Shown: positions 1 through 8,559, counted from the stretch's first letter. The stretch is DNA of 10,063 bases from Octopus sinensis (GCF_006345805.1 NW_021827471.1:1-10063); one strand, 5' to 3'. Numbers and translations are program-made. Notes: a model not told the origin generated them from the sequence alone.

Positions 1-255
1 TAATCCAAACAAGAAAGCACAAAAAACACAATTATATATATTATATATATATATATAAGTTAATCCAAACATGAAAACACAAAGAGAAAACACAACAATG
101 CGAGGACGTGGAACAAATATAGTATTATTGGATGCTCAGGAAAGAAGGAGAGTTTAACATTTCGAGCGGAGCTCTTCGTTGGAAACATAGGAGAAGGAAA
201 GATCCAGAGAAGGGAAGACAGAGGGGAAAAAATCACCAACGGTACACACGAGGTC
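1..255 (-). mobile_element. Penelope-like element terminal-repeat fragment (partial tandem, hammerhead-bearing)
   Basis: Partial direct duplication TAATCCAAACA(A/T)GAAA(G/A)CACAAA at 1-31 and 61-96, separated by (TA)n. Contains a minimal hammerhead-like core on the minus strand (152-186), which is the known architecture of PLE terminal repeats. Resembles an abundant octopus repeat as I recall it (unverified). Confidence 0.55.
152..186 (-). ncRNA. Degenerate minimal type I hammerhead ribozyme motif
   Basis: Minus strand reads GTTT-CCAACGA-A-GAGC-TCC-GCTC-GAAA-TG-TT/AAAC. Stem I is GTTT/AAAC and stem II is GAGC/GCTC, followed by the GAAA box and a loopless palindrome-type stem III. The core CCAACGA differs from CUGANGA at U4 and G5. 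Confidence 0.55.
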
Positions 256-288
<33 letters not shown>

Positions 289-327
289 TGTATATACACA
301 CATCATCATCATCATCAGCACCATCAT
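256..327. repeat. Compound microsatellite (TA)n(CA)n then (CAT)n
   Basis: Directly visible. Confidence 0.95.
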
Positions 328-420
328 TCTTCAAAGTTTACTTTTCCATGCTTGCATAGCGGATGAGAGTAGGAAGCTCTTGCAGTCACCAAACCCTACT
401 TGTTTCCAAGCAAGGTAATA
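301..420 (-). mobile_element. Degenerate 3' tail of an RTE-related LINE/SINE
   Basis: A (CAT)n tract followed by ACTTTTCCATGCTTGCAT and CCCTACTTGTTTCCAAGCAAGGTAATA. This resembles a recalled octopus retroposon 3' end with a trinucleotide tail. Recall only. Confidence 0.4.
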
Positions 421-1168
421 AATCTACCAATCCACTGGGGAACTGAGAACAAATAACATCATATGAGCAAACATTTTGCTTCCAAAGACCATGAAACATG
501 TTGAATCATATCAAGAGCAAGGAACTTGGACAATGATTTTGAAGTGGACTGCAAACAATTTTGAGATCACCACCTCAAAGAAAAAAAAGGGGCAAATACC
601 ATAAAACGGTTTTTCCATTGCTCCAATGATTCCGTCAGCTGGCCACCATCACATGCATATATAATATAAAGCATATTTTCAGATCTGCTTTCCATGCTTC
701 CGTAGTATTTGCATGTGTATGTATACATGCACATGTATGTCAATGTGCACATAATATGTACATATCAACAATACTTTGTATGGTTTTTCCACATATTGAT
801 ATTTATATATATAATAATGTATATATGTATATCAAGCATATTGCACATTACCCCTGTCAAATTCAGCACAGAATAAAAACCTCTAATGTCAAGGATTTCT
901 TAGCATAAACTTATAGGTCAAAGAAATGGAAAATATTTGACATTTACAACTTTCCCAAGGGAACTGATAACATAAGCTTTTTTCCCACGAAGGCTCATAA
1001 AAACTTTAAGGTTTACCATTATCCTCCACAACATAAATGTATACAAAGCATATGTAGAAGCCTGACCTGAAGGAAGGGAATTATTGGCCATATTTCCCTC
1101 AAATTATTACGTCTTAAAAGAATTCTTTAGATTGTGCAGTCTTACAAAACCCCCAAATAAAAGTACAT

Positions 1169-1525
1169 AGCATGTTAGTTCAGGTGTGGTGGTCACAAGT
1201 GTTGAGCCACAGTTTCAATTCTTGGAATGGGCAGTGTATCACAGCATTGATTAACCCTTTCAATACCAACCCGGCTGAAACCGGCTCTGGCTCTGTAGTA
1301 CAAATGTCTTGTTTTCATAAGTTTTGAATTAAAATCTTCCACCAAACCTTAGTCACAATTATGTTCCTAACACTAGCTGAATGATAACCAGGTTATTTTA
1401 CTAAATTCTTTGTCATATTTAAAGGGATTGAAAGAAACACAGAGCATCTCAAAATAAATACAGTGACAAAAGGGTTAAAGCACTTCATTTCTCATTGCTC
1501 CATTCCACACAACTGAAAATTGATA
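1169..1525 (+). mobile_element. Old tRNA-head/CORE-like SINE split by a MITE (1169-1250 + 1479-1525)
   Basis: Removing the MITE and one TTAA gives ...GTTTCAATTCTTGG (B-box-like) ...CATTGATTAAAGCACTTCATTTCTCATTGCTCCATTCCACACAACTG. This is colinear with the minus-strand copy at 1540-1669 (CCTTGAGTAAGACACTTCACCTCATGTCACTCCAGTCTCCTCAGCT). Confidence 0.5.
1251..1478. mobile_element. piggyBac-like non-autonomous MITE, 220 bp (1255-1474) with TTAA target-site duplication
   Basis: TTAA|CCCTTTCAATAC at the left end (1251-1266) and GTGACAAAAGGG|TTAA at the right end (1463-1478). The terminal inverted repeats match at 8 of 12 positions, including a perfect CCCTTT. CCC...GGG ends flanked by TTAA are the piggyBac signature. 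No ORF inside. Confidence 0.8.
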
Positions 1526-1539
1526 ACAGTGATATCCTA

Positions 1540-1669
1540 GCTTTAAGCTGAGGAGACTGGAGTGACATGAGGTGAAGTGTCTTACTCAAGGATGCAATGC
1601 ACAGTCCAGTCAGTGAATCAAATACATGACTGATTGCAAGCTCTACACCCTAACAACATGGCAACATGC
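1540..1669 (-). mobile_element. Degenerate tRNA-head/CORE-like SINE 5' portion
   Basis: Minus strand: GGCATGTTGCCATGTTGTTAGGGTGT (A-box region), then ATTTGATTC (decayed B box), then TGCATCCTTGAGTAAGACACTTCACC (CORE-like CCTTGRGCAAGACACTT). Confidence 0.65.
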
Positions 1670-1784
1670 CTTCAGAAAAGTATTAGTAACTTGAGGATAA
1701 GTCTTTTATTGTTCTTATAAGAGGCAATTGGAAAGATGTAATAGATTTTTGGATCAAGGAGATGATTACTTTAGATGGCTTATA

Positions 1785-2398
1785 TTAATTTTGAGCTTTG
1801 AGGTATTTCTTCCGATTAGGTGATGTGGAGAATGTTTCATCTCTACTGTTGGAGTGTAATCTATTGCTATCAAAATGTGAACACTATGCTATATCTAATA
1901 AGAAGCATTGCTGTATTTATATGGTATTTTTCAGTAAGCTATAGCAGTAACAGTATAAGGATACTGTTATTTCCATTGCTTTGATGTTTATAAATATTTC
2001 TTGACTGCTATTCTAGTCTCTGAAACTGAAGGAATGTAAGTATTGTGTATACCTAATTTTAAAGGTATTCTCAGTAAGGTCTACAAAAGTGATTTCAATA
2101 CCATCTGCAACTAATACTGTAATTCTATATACATGTGCATTCAACAGCATTTTCCATTAAATTGTCAGGTTGATTTATTTCTGCTTTTTGCATTCAGGCT
2201 GTTGAGATAGGTGCATGATTTCTAAAGTATATGGCAGTAAGATTTGGGCATTTGTATTTTCTCAGCAGCTGAAACTAGCATCTACGTTGTTTTTGTAGAT
2301 CTTATAGAAACTTGGTGTGTTCTGGGAAAGCGCTTGATTATCAATAGAAGGAAATTCCTTGCTATGTTTGAAGCAATAGTCATACACCAAGTGGGCAT
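1785..2398 (-). pseudogene. Frameshifted Penelope-like element ORF relic: RT-EN linker plus GIY-YIG endonuclease
   Basis: Colinear motifs across frames: PTWCMTIASNIARNFLLLIIKRFPRTHQ (2395-2312; cf. PPFS..V.TNIG..FL.LI.KHFP), FYKIYKNNVDASFSC (2309-2265; cf. KIFNRN.VKVSYSC), RNKST*QFNGKC (2182-2147; cf. CPL.GKC), VYRITVLVADGIEITFVDLTENTFKIRYTQYLHSF (2132-2028; cf. VY..YIGLT..TFK.R...H..SF), LTEKYHI (1938-1918; cf. CLTEK) and SNSRDETFSTSPNRKKYLKAQN* (1853-1785; cf. LN.R.E....C.HR.K). Multiple stops and frameshifts. The reference motifs are recalled. Confidence 0.85.
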
Positions 2399-2415
2399 AT
2401 ATGCATGCACACATG

Positions 2416-2451
<36 letters not shown>

Positions 2452-2487
2452 TACACACACATATATACACACACATACATACACACA
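2397..2487. repeat. (CA)n/(TA)n compound microsatellite
   Basis: Directly visible; lies within the PLE relic. Confidence 0.95.
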
Positions 2488-2765
2488 TTTTATTTGTGAT
2501 TTGTAGCGTGGAAAACGTAAAGAGTACATTGTATGTCTGCTCAAGTAAATATATTATTGTTAATTCTGCCACTCTGTTTTTAAATATTAAACTTTTCTTC
2601 CAATGAGATAATGATATACCTTCTAATACGGTAATGATGGTCTTCCTGGCGAGAAATTTGAAGTAATGGAAAGGTGGCCCAATGTAACAATAATGTAAAC
2701 ATATATACTTATATGTATTCATAAATATATATATATATATGTATGTATGTATGTGTATCTCTGTA

Positions 2766-2800
<35 letters not shown>

Positions 2801-2851
2801 TAATATATATATATAAAGTAGACAGGGTGTCCATTTCATTGTATGTTTGTA
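2484..2851 (-). pseudogene. Probable upstream continuation of the PLE relic (RT C-terminal/thumb region)
   Basis: YKHTMKWTPCLLYI (2851-2810; cf. YKPY.KPN..PLYI), RIRRYIIISLEEKFNI*KQSG (2630-2568; cf. INRR.S.ISS.EE.FN...LKKSG) and NHK*NV (2501-2484; cf. NRKRNI). These fall in the expected order before the PP motif, interrupted by microsatellites. The similarity is weaker than for the downstream part. Confidence 0.4.
2700..2815. repeat. (TA)n/(TATG)n compound microsatellite
   Basis: Directly visible. Confidence 0.95.
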
Positions 2852-3009
2852 TCTCTTTGCTTGTGTCGCACTGCTAACTTCACTTTTGAGAAAGATGCTT
2901 TGAGATGAAAAATTTAAAAAAAGAAAAAAAAATTAATAAGACTATGTTTTATTTATTAATTTGCATTGTTTGTCTTTCAAAGCTGATTATACATGTGTGT
3001 AGGAGTGTG

Positions 3010-3059
3010 TGCATACATATACATACATATATACATAAATACATACATACATACATACA

Positions 3060-3090
<31 letters not shown>

Positions 3091-3112
3091 CATCTATATA
3101 TCTCTCTCTCTT

Positions 3113-3156
<44 letters not shown>

Positions 3157-3212
3157 TATATACATACATATATACATACATGTATATATACATACATATA
3201 TACATACATACA

Positions 3213-3248
<36 letters not shown>

Positions 3249-3597
3249 CATATATACATACATATATACATATATACAACATACATACATATATATATAC
3301 ATACATATATACATTATCATACCTACATACATACATTATATTACATTATACATACATACATACAACATACATATATATAATATATATAAATATATAAATA
3401 TACATACATATATATACACATACATATATACATATATATATATATACATATATATATACATATATACATATATATATACATATATACATATATACATATA
3501 TGTACACATATATATATATATACATATATATATTTATACATATATATATATACATCTATATATATATATACATATATATTTATATGTATACACACAA
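3010..3597. repeat. Long (TACA)n/(TA)n compound microsatellite with a short (TC)n
   Basis: Directly visible; source of the YI/HI/YT-repeat ORFs. Confidence 0.97.
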
Positions 3598-4020
3598 GCA
3601 TATGCACACAGAAACGTGCATAAGACTACATGCACAGAGGATTACAGGTTCCGTTCTTTGCAAAAAGATGGCGGCAATGTTGGCAGAAACAGCAGAACAG
3701 AGAAGTGCGGCATGTGGAAGGTGGGGGGGAGGTGGTAGATGGGGGAGGTGTGTACATGGCATGAGAATACCAATAAATCACAACAAAACAATAAAGACGA
3801 AAACAAAGGAAAAACAGCAGGCGATGCGAGGCAATTGGAGTCAATCCAGGCAATCCATATACATATGTTATTATGATTTCTCAGCGTATATAAAACCAGC
3901 CGTTGATTACAGAACAGCAGAGAAAAGAGAATGTTTAATGACAGAAGTCAACCGGAATAAGCTACATGATTGAACTCAGGTTGGCGGAGAGGGTGAGGGT
4001 AAAGGTAAAGATGAGCATGT

Positions 4021-4097
4021 GAGCAAGTGGGGAGAGTGGTGAGCAAGTGGGAGAGTGGTGAGCAAGTGGGAGAGTGGTGAGCAAGTGGGAGAGTGGT
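4021..4097. repeat. 19-bp minisatellite GAGCAAGTGGGAGAGTGGT x4
   Basis: Units at 4021-4040 (one extra G), 4041-4059, 4060-4078 and 4079-4097. Confidence 0.97.
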
Positions 4098-4099
4098 GA

Positions 4100-4650
4100 G
4101 TGACAGAAAGCGGATGAAAGATAGTGAGCTACGCAGGGAGAGAATGAGAATAACAGAGAGGGGTGGGGAATAAAAGGAAAATGAAAGTGAAAGTAAAAGA
4201 GGGAAGGGAAAGAGAGAGAGAGAGAGATGTGGAGAAAGAGAGACAGGGACAAAGAAAGATGAAAGAGGAATATATAGGGGAAAAGAGAAGCAGAGACAGA
4301 GAGAGACAAACGTTGAAAATGATGGAGGTTAGGATGGGGGAGGGCAAGATTGGGTGAGGGTAAGTGTGAGGGCGAAAGGGTCAGTGTGAGAGGGAGAGAG
4401 CAGTGAGTGAGGGAAAAAGAGAGAAAGATGGTAAGCTACGTAAGAGGATAATGAGTGTAATAGAGAAACAAAGGAAAACAAAGGAAGAGTGAGAGTGAGC
4501 GAGAGAGAAACATAGAAAGATGAAAGACGAGTATATATATATATATATATTTTATATATAGAGATATATATATATACAGAGAGAGGAAAGAAAAAGAGAG
4601 AAAGGTAGAGGAAGCGGGACAAAAGAGAAAATGAAAGTGAAACCATGAAT
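4100..4650 (+). repeat. Purine-rich (GA) low-complexity tract with an embedded (TA)n at about 4531-4578
   Basis: Strong A/G strand bias and (GA)n runs are visible. Confidence 0.85.
4336..4380 (+). other. Canonical G-quadruplex-forming motif
   Basis: GGGGG-A-GGG-CAAGATT-GGG-TGA-GGG (4336-4360) fits G3N1-7 x4, with spare GGG runs at 4370-4372 and 4378-4380. Pattern match only. Confidence 0.6.
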
Positions 4651-5229
4651 GTGATCATCACAAGATCATAAAAGCAACAATGAAACAAGACGAATGGTTG
4701 TGGTGGGATGGTGGTAAGCAAGGGGGTGGAATTTGTGAGGTGGTGGCAGGATTTGCATCTATCTAAATAAATGCAAACAAACTTTGAAAAAAAAAAAAAT
4801 TGTACAGAAAAATAATAAAAGAGAAAAATATATACACAAACAACAACCAAACAATGGCAAAAAAATAAAAATAAATTCCGGACACAAAAATGAATGCGAA
4901 ATAAAAAAAAAAAAAAAAAAGAAAAAGTTACATATAAATGAACAAAATACCTAAAGAAATAAAATATGTATTTCTTGAAACGAAAGATTGTGAAACGACA
5001 TGAATATAGGCAAAAATCAGTGGTCTATAATTTAATAGCAGATTACTTCATTTCACAAATGATGCAAAGGTGTCTTTTCAAGCATGTTTTCCATCACAAT
5101 GTGTAATGTAAGTGAATGCATGCGCACAACTGATCTGTACCATATATATTCATACAGGTGTGTATACATATATGAATGCAAATATACATTTATAGATATA
5201 TTTACAGAGAGTTAGTTATATAAAAATAT

Positions 5230-5327
5230 TTGTGTGCACACATATATATGTACACCACACAGAGTCATATTATATATATATACATATATATATATAAGTG
5301 TGTGCTTGCATACATATATATATATAC

Positions 5328-5358
<31 letters not shown>

Positions 5359-5480
5359 ATATACATATATATATATATCATATATATATATACATATATA
5401 TATATATACATTATATATATATATATAATATATACATATATATATATATACATATATATATATACATATATATATATATA

Positions 5481-5519
<39 letters not shown>

Positions 5520-5765
5520 ATATATATTATATATATATACATATACTCAAATATAAATATGTATAAATATATACATTCATAGATAGGCAGATATATACAC
5601 ACACACATATATATTAGTATATAAACATAAACATGTATAACCTAAATAGAAATATGTGTGTGTGTGTGTGTAAACATGTATACAAAATAATAAATATATA
5701 ATTATAATTATATATATATAAATATAAATGTATGTATAAATAAGTATAACAATAAATAAATATAT
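5230..5765. repeat. (TA)n/(TACA)n compound microsatellite and AT-rich low-complexity sequence
   Basis: Directly visible. Confidence 0.95.
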
Positions 5766-6168
5766 ATAACTGAAACCAAGGAGACAGCTGATGGTTTGCG
5801 TTGGCAAGAATTGTATTTATATGGAAACAGAGACAGAAAGAGTCATGTGAAATTGCAGCGAGGAGAGGAGTATGAATGCTTCAGACAGAATCTTGCTTTA
5901 AGGTGGTTACGATGTCAGGTGAAGAAGAAAAAGCAAAAACAGAAGTGTTTTGAATCCTCCGCATCTGAGCAATCAACTGCAACTGATGGGAAACACAAAA
6001 CAAGGTGAACACATGTAACGTAGACATGGAGGTAATAGGGGAAAGAAAGCTGGTGATAGAGGCAGAAGAAAAGAAAATCGAAAAGAGGAGCTGTTAAAGA
6101 TGGGTTGGTAGGGAAAATTAAGGTGAGAGGAGACATGATGAAGCATAAAGCATGGATCACTGTTCTAG

Positions 6169-6779
6169 AATTCTTTCTATTATAGCCCAGAAGGCTGGAA
6201 ATTTGGGGGGGACGTAGCTAGTTGATTACATCAACCCCATCACTCACTAGGTGCTTATTTTATCAACCCTGCGAGGATGAAAGGTGAAGTCCACCTTAGA
6301 GGAATTTGAACTCAGAATGTAAAACCAGAAGAAATCTCTTTCTCTCTCTTTTACTCAGTTCAGTCATTTGACTGCGGCCATGCTGGAGCACCACCTTTAG
6401 TCAAGCAAATCGACCCCGGAACTTATTTTTTTGTAAGCCTAGTACTTATTCTATCAGTCTCTTTTGCCGAACCGCTAAGTGACGGGGACGTAAACACACC
6501 AGCATTGGTTGTCAAGCAATGCTAGGGGAACAAACACAGACACACACATATATATACATATATACGACAGGCTTCTTTCAGTTTCCATCTACCAAATCCA
6601 CTCACAAGGCATTGGTCGGCCCGGGGCTATAGCAGAAGACACTTGCCCAAGATGCCACACAGTGGGACTGAACCCGGAACCATGTGGTTGGTTAGCAAGC
6701 TACTTACCACACATCCACTCCTGCACCTAAATGCCACTAATCATTTAGTTCTGCATGCTAATGATTCTATCAGTTCATT
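6169..6779 (-). mobile_element. tRNA-derived SINE (host), split into head 6779-6729 and body 6335-6169
   Basis: The rejoined minus strand reads AACTGATAGAATCATTAGCATGCAGAACTAAATGATTAGTGGCATTT|CTTCTGGTTTTACATTCTGAGTTCAAATTCC (B box at 6313-6301), then CCTTTCATCCTCGCAGGGTTGATAAAATAAGCACC, a conserved SINE central-domain-like motif (family name not assigned). Confidence 0.75.
6336..6728 (-). mobile_element. Near full-length tRNA-head CORE-type SINE (inserted copy)
   Basis: Minus strand shows an A-box-like TGGATGTGTGG (6717-6707), B box GGTTCAGTCCC (6674-6664), CORE-like TGGCATCTTGGGCAAGTGTCTT (6657-6636), an internal (TA/TG) tract and a simple (GA)/(A) tail. Flanked by AAAT at 6332-6335 and 6729-6732. 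Confidence 0.9.
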
Positions 6780-6823
6780 AGAAGGAGCAGAAATAAAAGT
6801 GTGCATTTAAGCCCATCAGTGCT

Positions 6824-7026
6824 GAAACCCTGTTCCTCCAGTATGAAACCCTGTTCCTCCGGTATGAAACCCTGTTCCTCCGGTATGAAACCCTGTTCCT
6901 CCAGTACGAAACCCTGTTCCTTTAGTATGAAACCCTGTTCCTTTAGTATGAAACCCTGTTCCTCCAGTATGAAACCCTGTTCCTCCAGTATGAAACCCTG
7001 TTCCTCCAGTATGAAACCCTGTTCCT
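6824..7026. repeat. 21-bp minisatellite GAAACCCTGTTCCTCCAGTAT, 9 full copies plus 1 partial
   Basis: Units start at 6824, 6845, 6866, 6887, 6908, 6929, 6950, 6971, 6992 and 7013 (partial). Variants: CCGG in units 2-3, TAC in unit 4, TTTAG in units 5-6. Confidence 0.98.
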
Positions 7027-7106
7027 TCCAACTAGTTGGAAGCCATGTAAGATCAGCAACTGGACTGAATAGTCATCTGAGAGGTCATGGACAGAAAAGA
7101 CATTAA
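7026..7106 (+). pseudogene. Decayed C2H2-type finger resembling an RTE-clade LINE ORF C-terminus
   Basis: FQLVGSHVRSATGLNSHLRGHGQKRH* has x-x2-x-x12-H-x3-H spacing, with F and V at the Cys positions. The S..GL.SH.R.H signature is typical of RTE ORF ends, and there is no TGEKP linker. Confidence 0.5.
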
Positions 7107-7789
7107 GAACCTCTGATAAGAAAGCACAAAGAGCCAGCAATCATCTGTGAAGATGGAACAATCACCAAATTAGCTCATACATTTATACATACATGTACTT
7201 TAGTGTAAACCTGAAGAAGTCGATGGTGAAATTCTTCAAAATTCCTGAGAAGATAAAGAGAAAGCAACAGGAACACAAATTACTGAAAGGTAGATACGGA
7301 AGTGTATGGGTCTGTATTGACATGGTTGTTTAGGTAACGAGAAGACGTAAAAGATTCGAAGATATATATATATGAATATATACACAGAGGCGTTTTTACT
7401 ACAATACATAAATTACAATGAAAGAGAAGAGAATTAGGAGAACAATGAAAAAAAAAAAAATTCACAATGGGAGAATTTAGCTAATTAGAGATCTTGTACA
7501 CACACACACATACATACATGCGTGTGTGAGTGTAGTGAAATAACAAAATATCAGTATACATACTATGCAAACAAACATACTGTAACATATTATATATGCA
7601 CACACACACACACTCAGATATACATGTATTATGTGCACATATACACACCTGCAGGATCTACATATGTACAACACACAAATATATACACCCTTACATGGTA
7701 ATACCTATGTACAGAACACACGTGCATACACATTTATGTGTGCGTACAAGTGTGCATGTGGTGTGTGTATGTGTTCTATACATAGGTGT

Positions 7790-7865
7790 ATCCACATATA
7801 TATATATATGTGTATGTATATATATATATATATTTACACACACACATATATATATATACATATAT

Positions 7866-7923
<58 letters not shown>

Positions 7924-8236
7924 TATATTATATACACACATATGTGTATATATATATATTTACAACACACACACACACATATATATATACATATATACAC
8001 ATATATACACACACACACACATATATATAACATATATACACATATATACCACATATATATATACACATATATATATACACATATATATATACGCATAATA
8101 TATACATATATAATATAGACATGCATATATATATACACAAATATATATATACACATATTTATATAGACATTATATATATACATAATTATATATACATATA
8201 TATATATACATATTTTATATATATATATATATATAT
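7790..8236. repeat. (TA)n/(CA)n compound microsatellite
   Basis: Directly visible. Confidence 0.96.
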
Positions 8237-8559
8237 TGAAAGAGAGACAGAGAGAGAGATGTACACATACATATGAGATACCTGTACAGATAAGATTGAG
8301 GGAACAATAAACTTCAGCATGTTACTGATACAGATTAATATACATTTAAGCCGGGTATTATAAAGCATGTGTGCATGGAAAAGCATATGGATATACCACG
8401 CACCTAGGTGTGTGTGAGTAGGTCTGAATAGGTAATACGAATAAAGGTACATTCGCCATAAACCACGAAGATGTTACAAATGGTAGAGAAGGTGGAAGAA
8501 AGAGGCAGGAACATGTAAAAGTAATGAATGGTTGCACAAATACATCGACACTCATTCAA

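Noticed and set aside
3887-3895. TATA-like TATATAAAA
   Set aside because: Expected by chance at this AT content, with no linked initiator or gene.
2905-3973. Long ORFs (277 aa, 157 aa and others) rich in Y/I/H/T
   Set aside because: They are translations of TA/TACA repeats, which lack stop codons in most frames. No coding signal.
3962-4850. Hydrophobic S/L/F-rich minus-strand ORFs resembling membrane proteins
   Set aside because: Artefact of the pyrimidine-rich complement of the GA tract.
707-5183. Four octamer motifs (ATTTGCAT at 707, 2959, 4751; ATGCAAAT at 5176)
   Set aside because: They are dispersed rather than clustered, in AT-rich DNA where TGCA is inflated by CpG decay. No snRNA or other target gene is visible.
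5796-6160. Unique-looking 70-aa and 81-aa ORFs
   Set aside because: No recognisable domain and no convincing splice sites. A faint RTE-like W..V..G near 6150 is too weak to call.
6660-6728. Possible tRNA gene (A and B boxes)
   Set aside because: No full cloverleaf; it continues into a CORE-like body and tail, so it is a SINE head.
6824-7026. Possible CRISPR array
   Set aside because: Units are head-to-tail with no unique spacers, the context is eukaryotic, and there are no cas genes.
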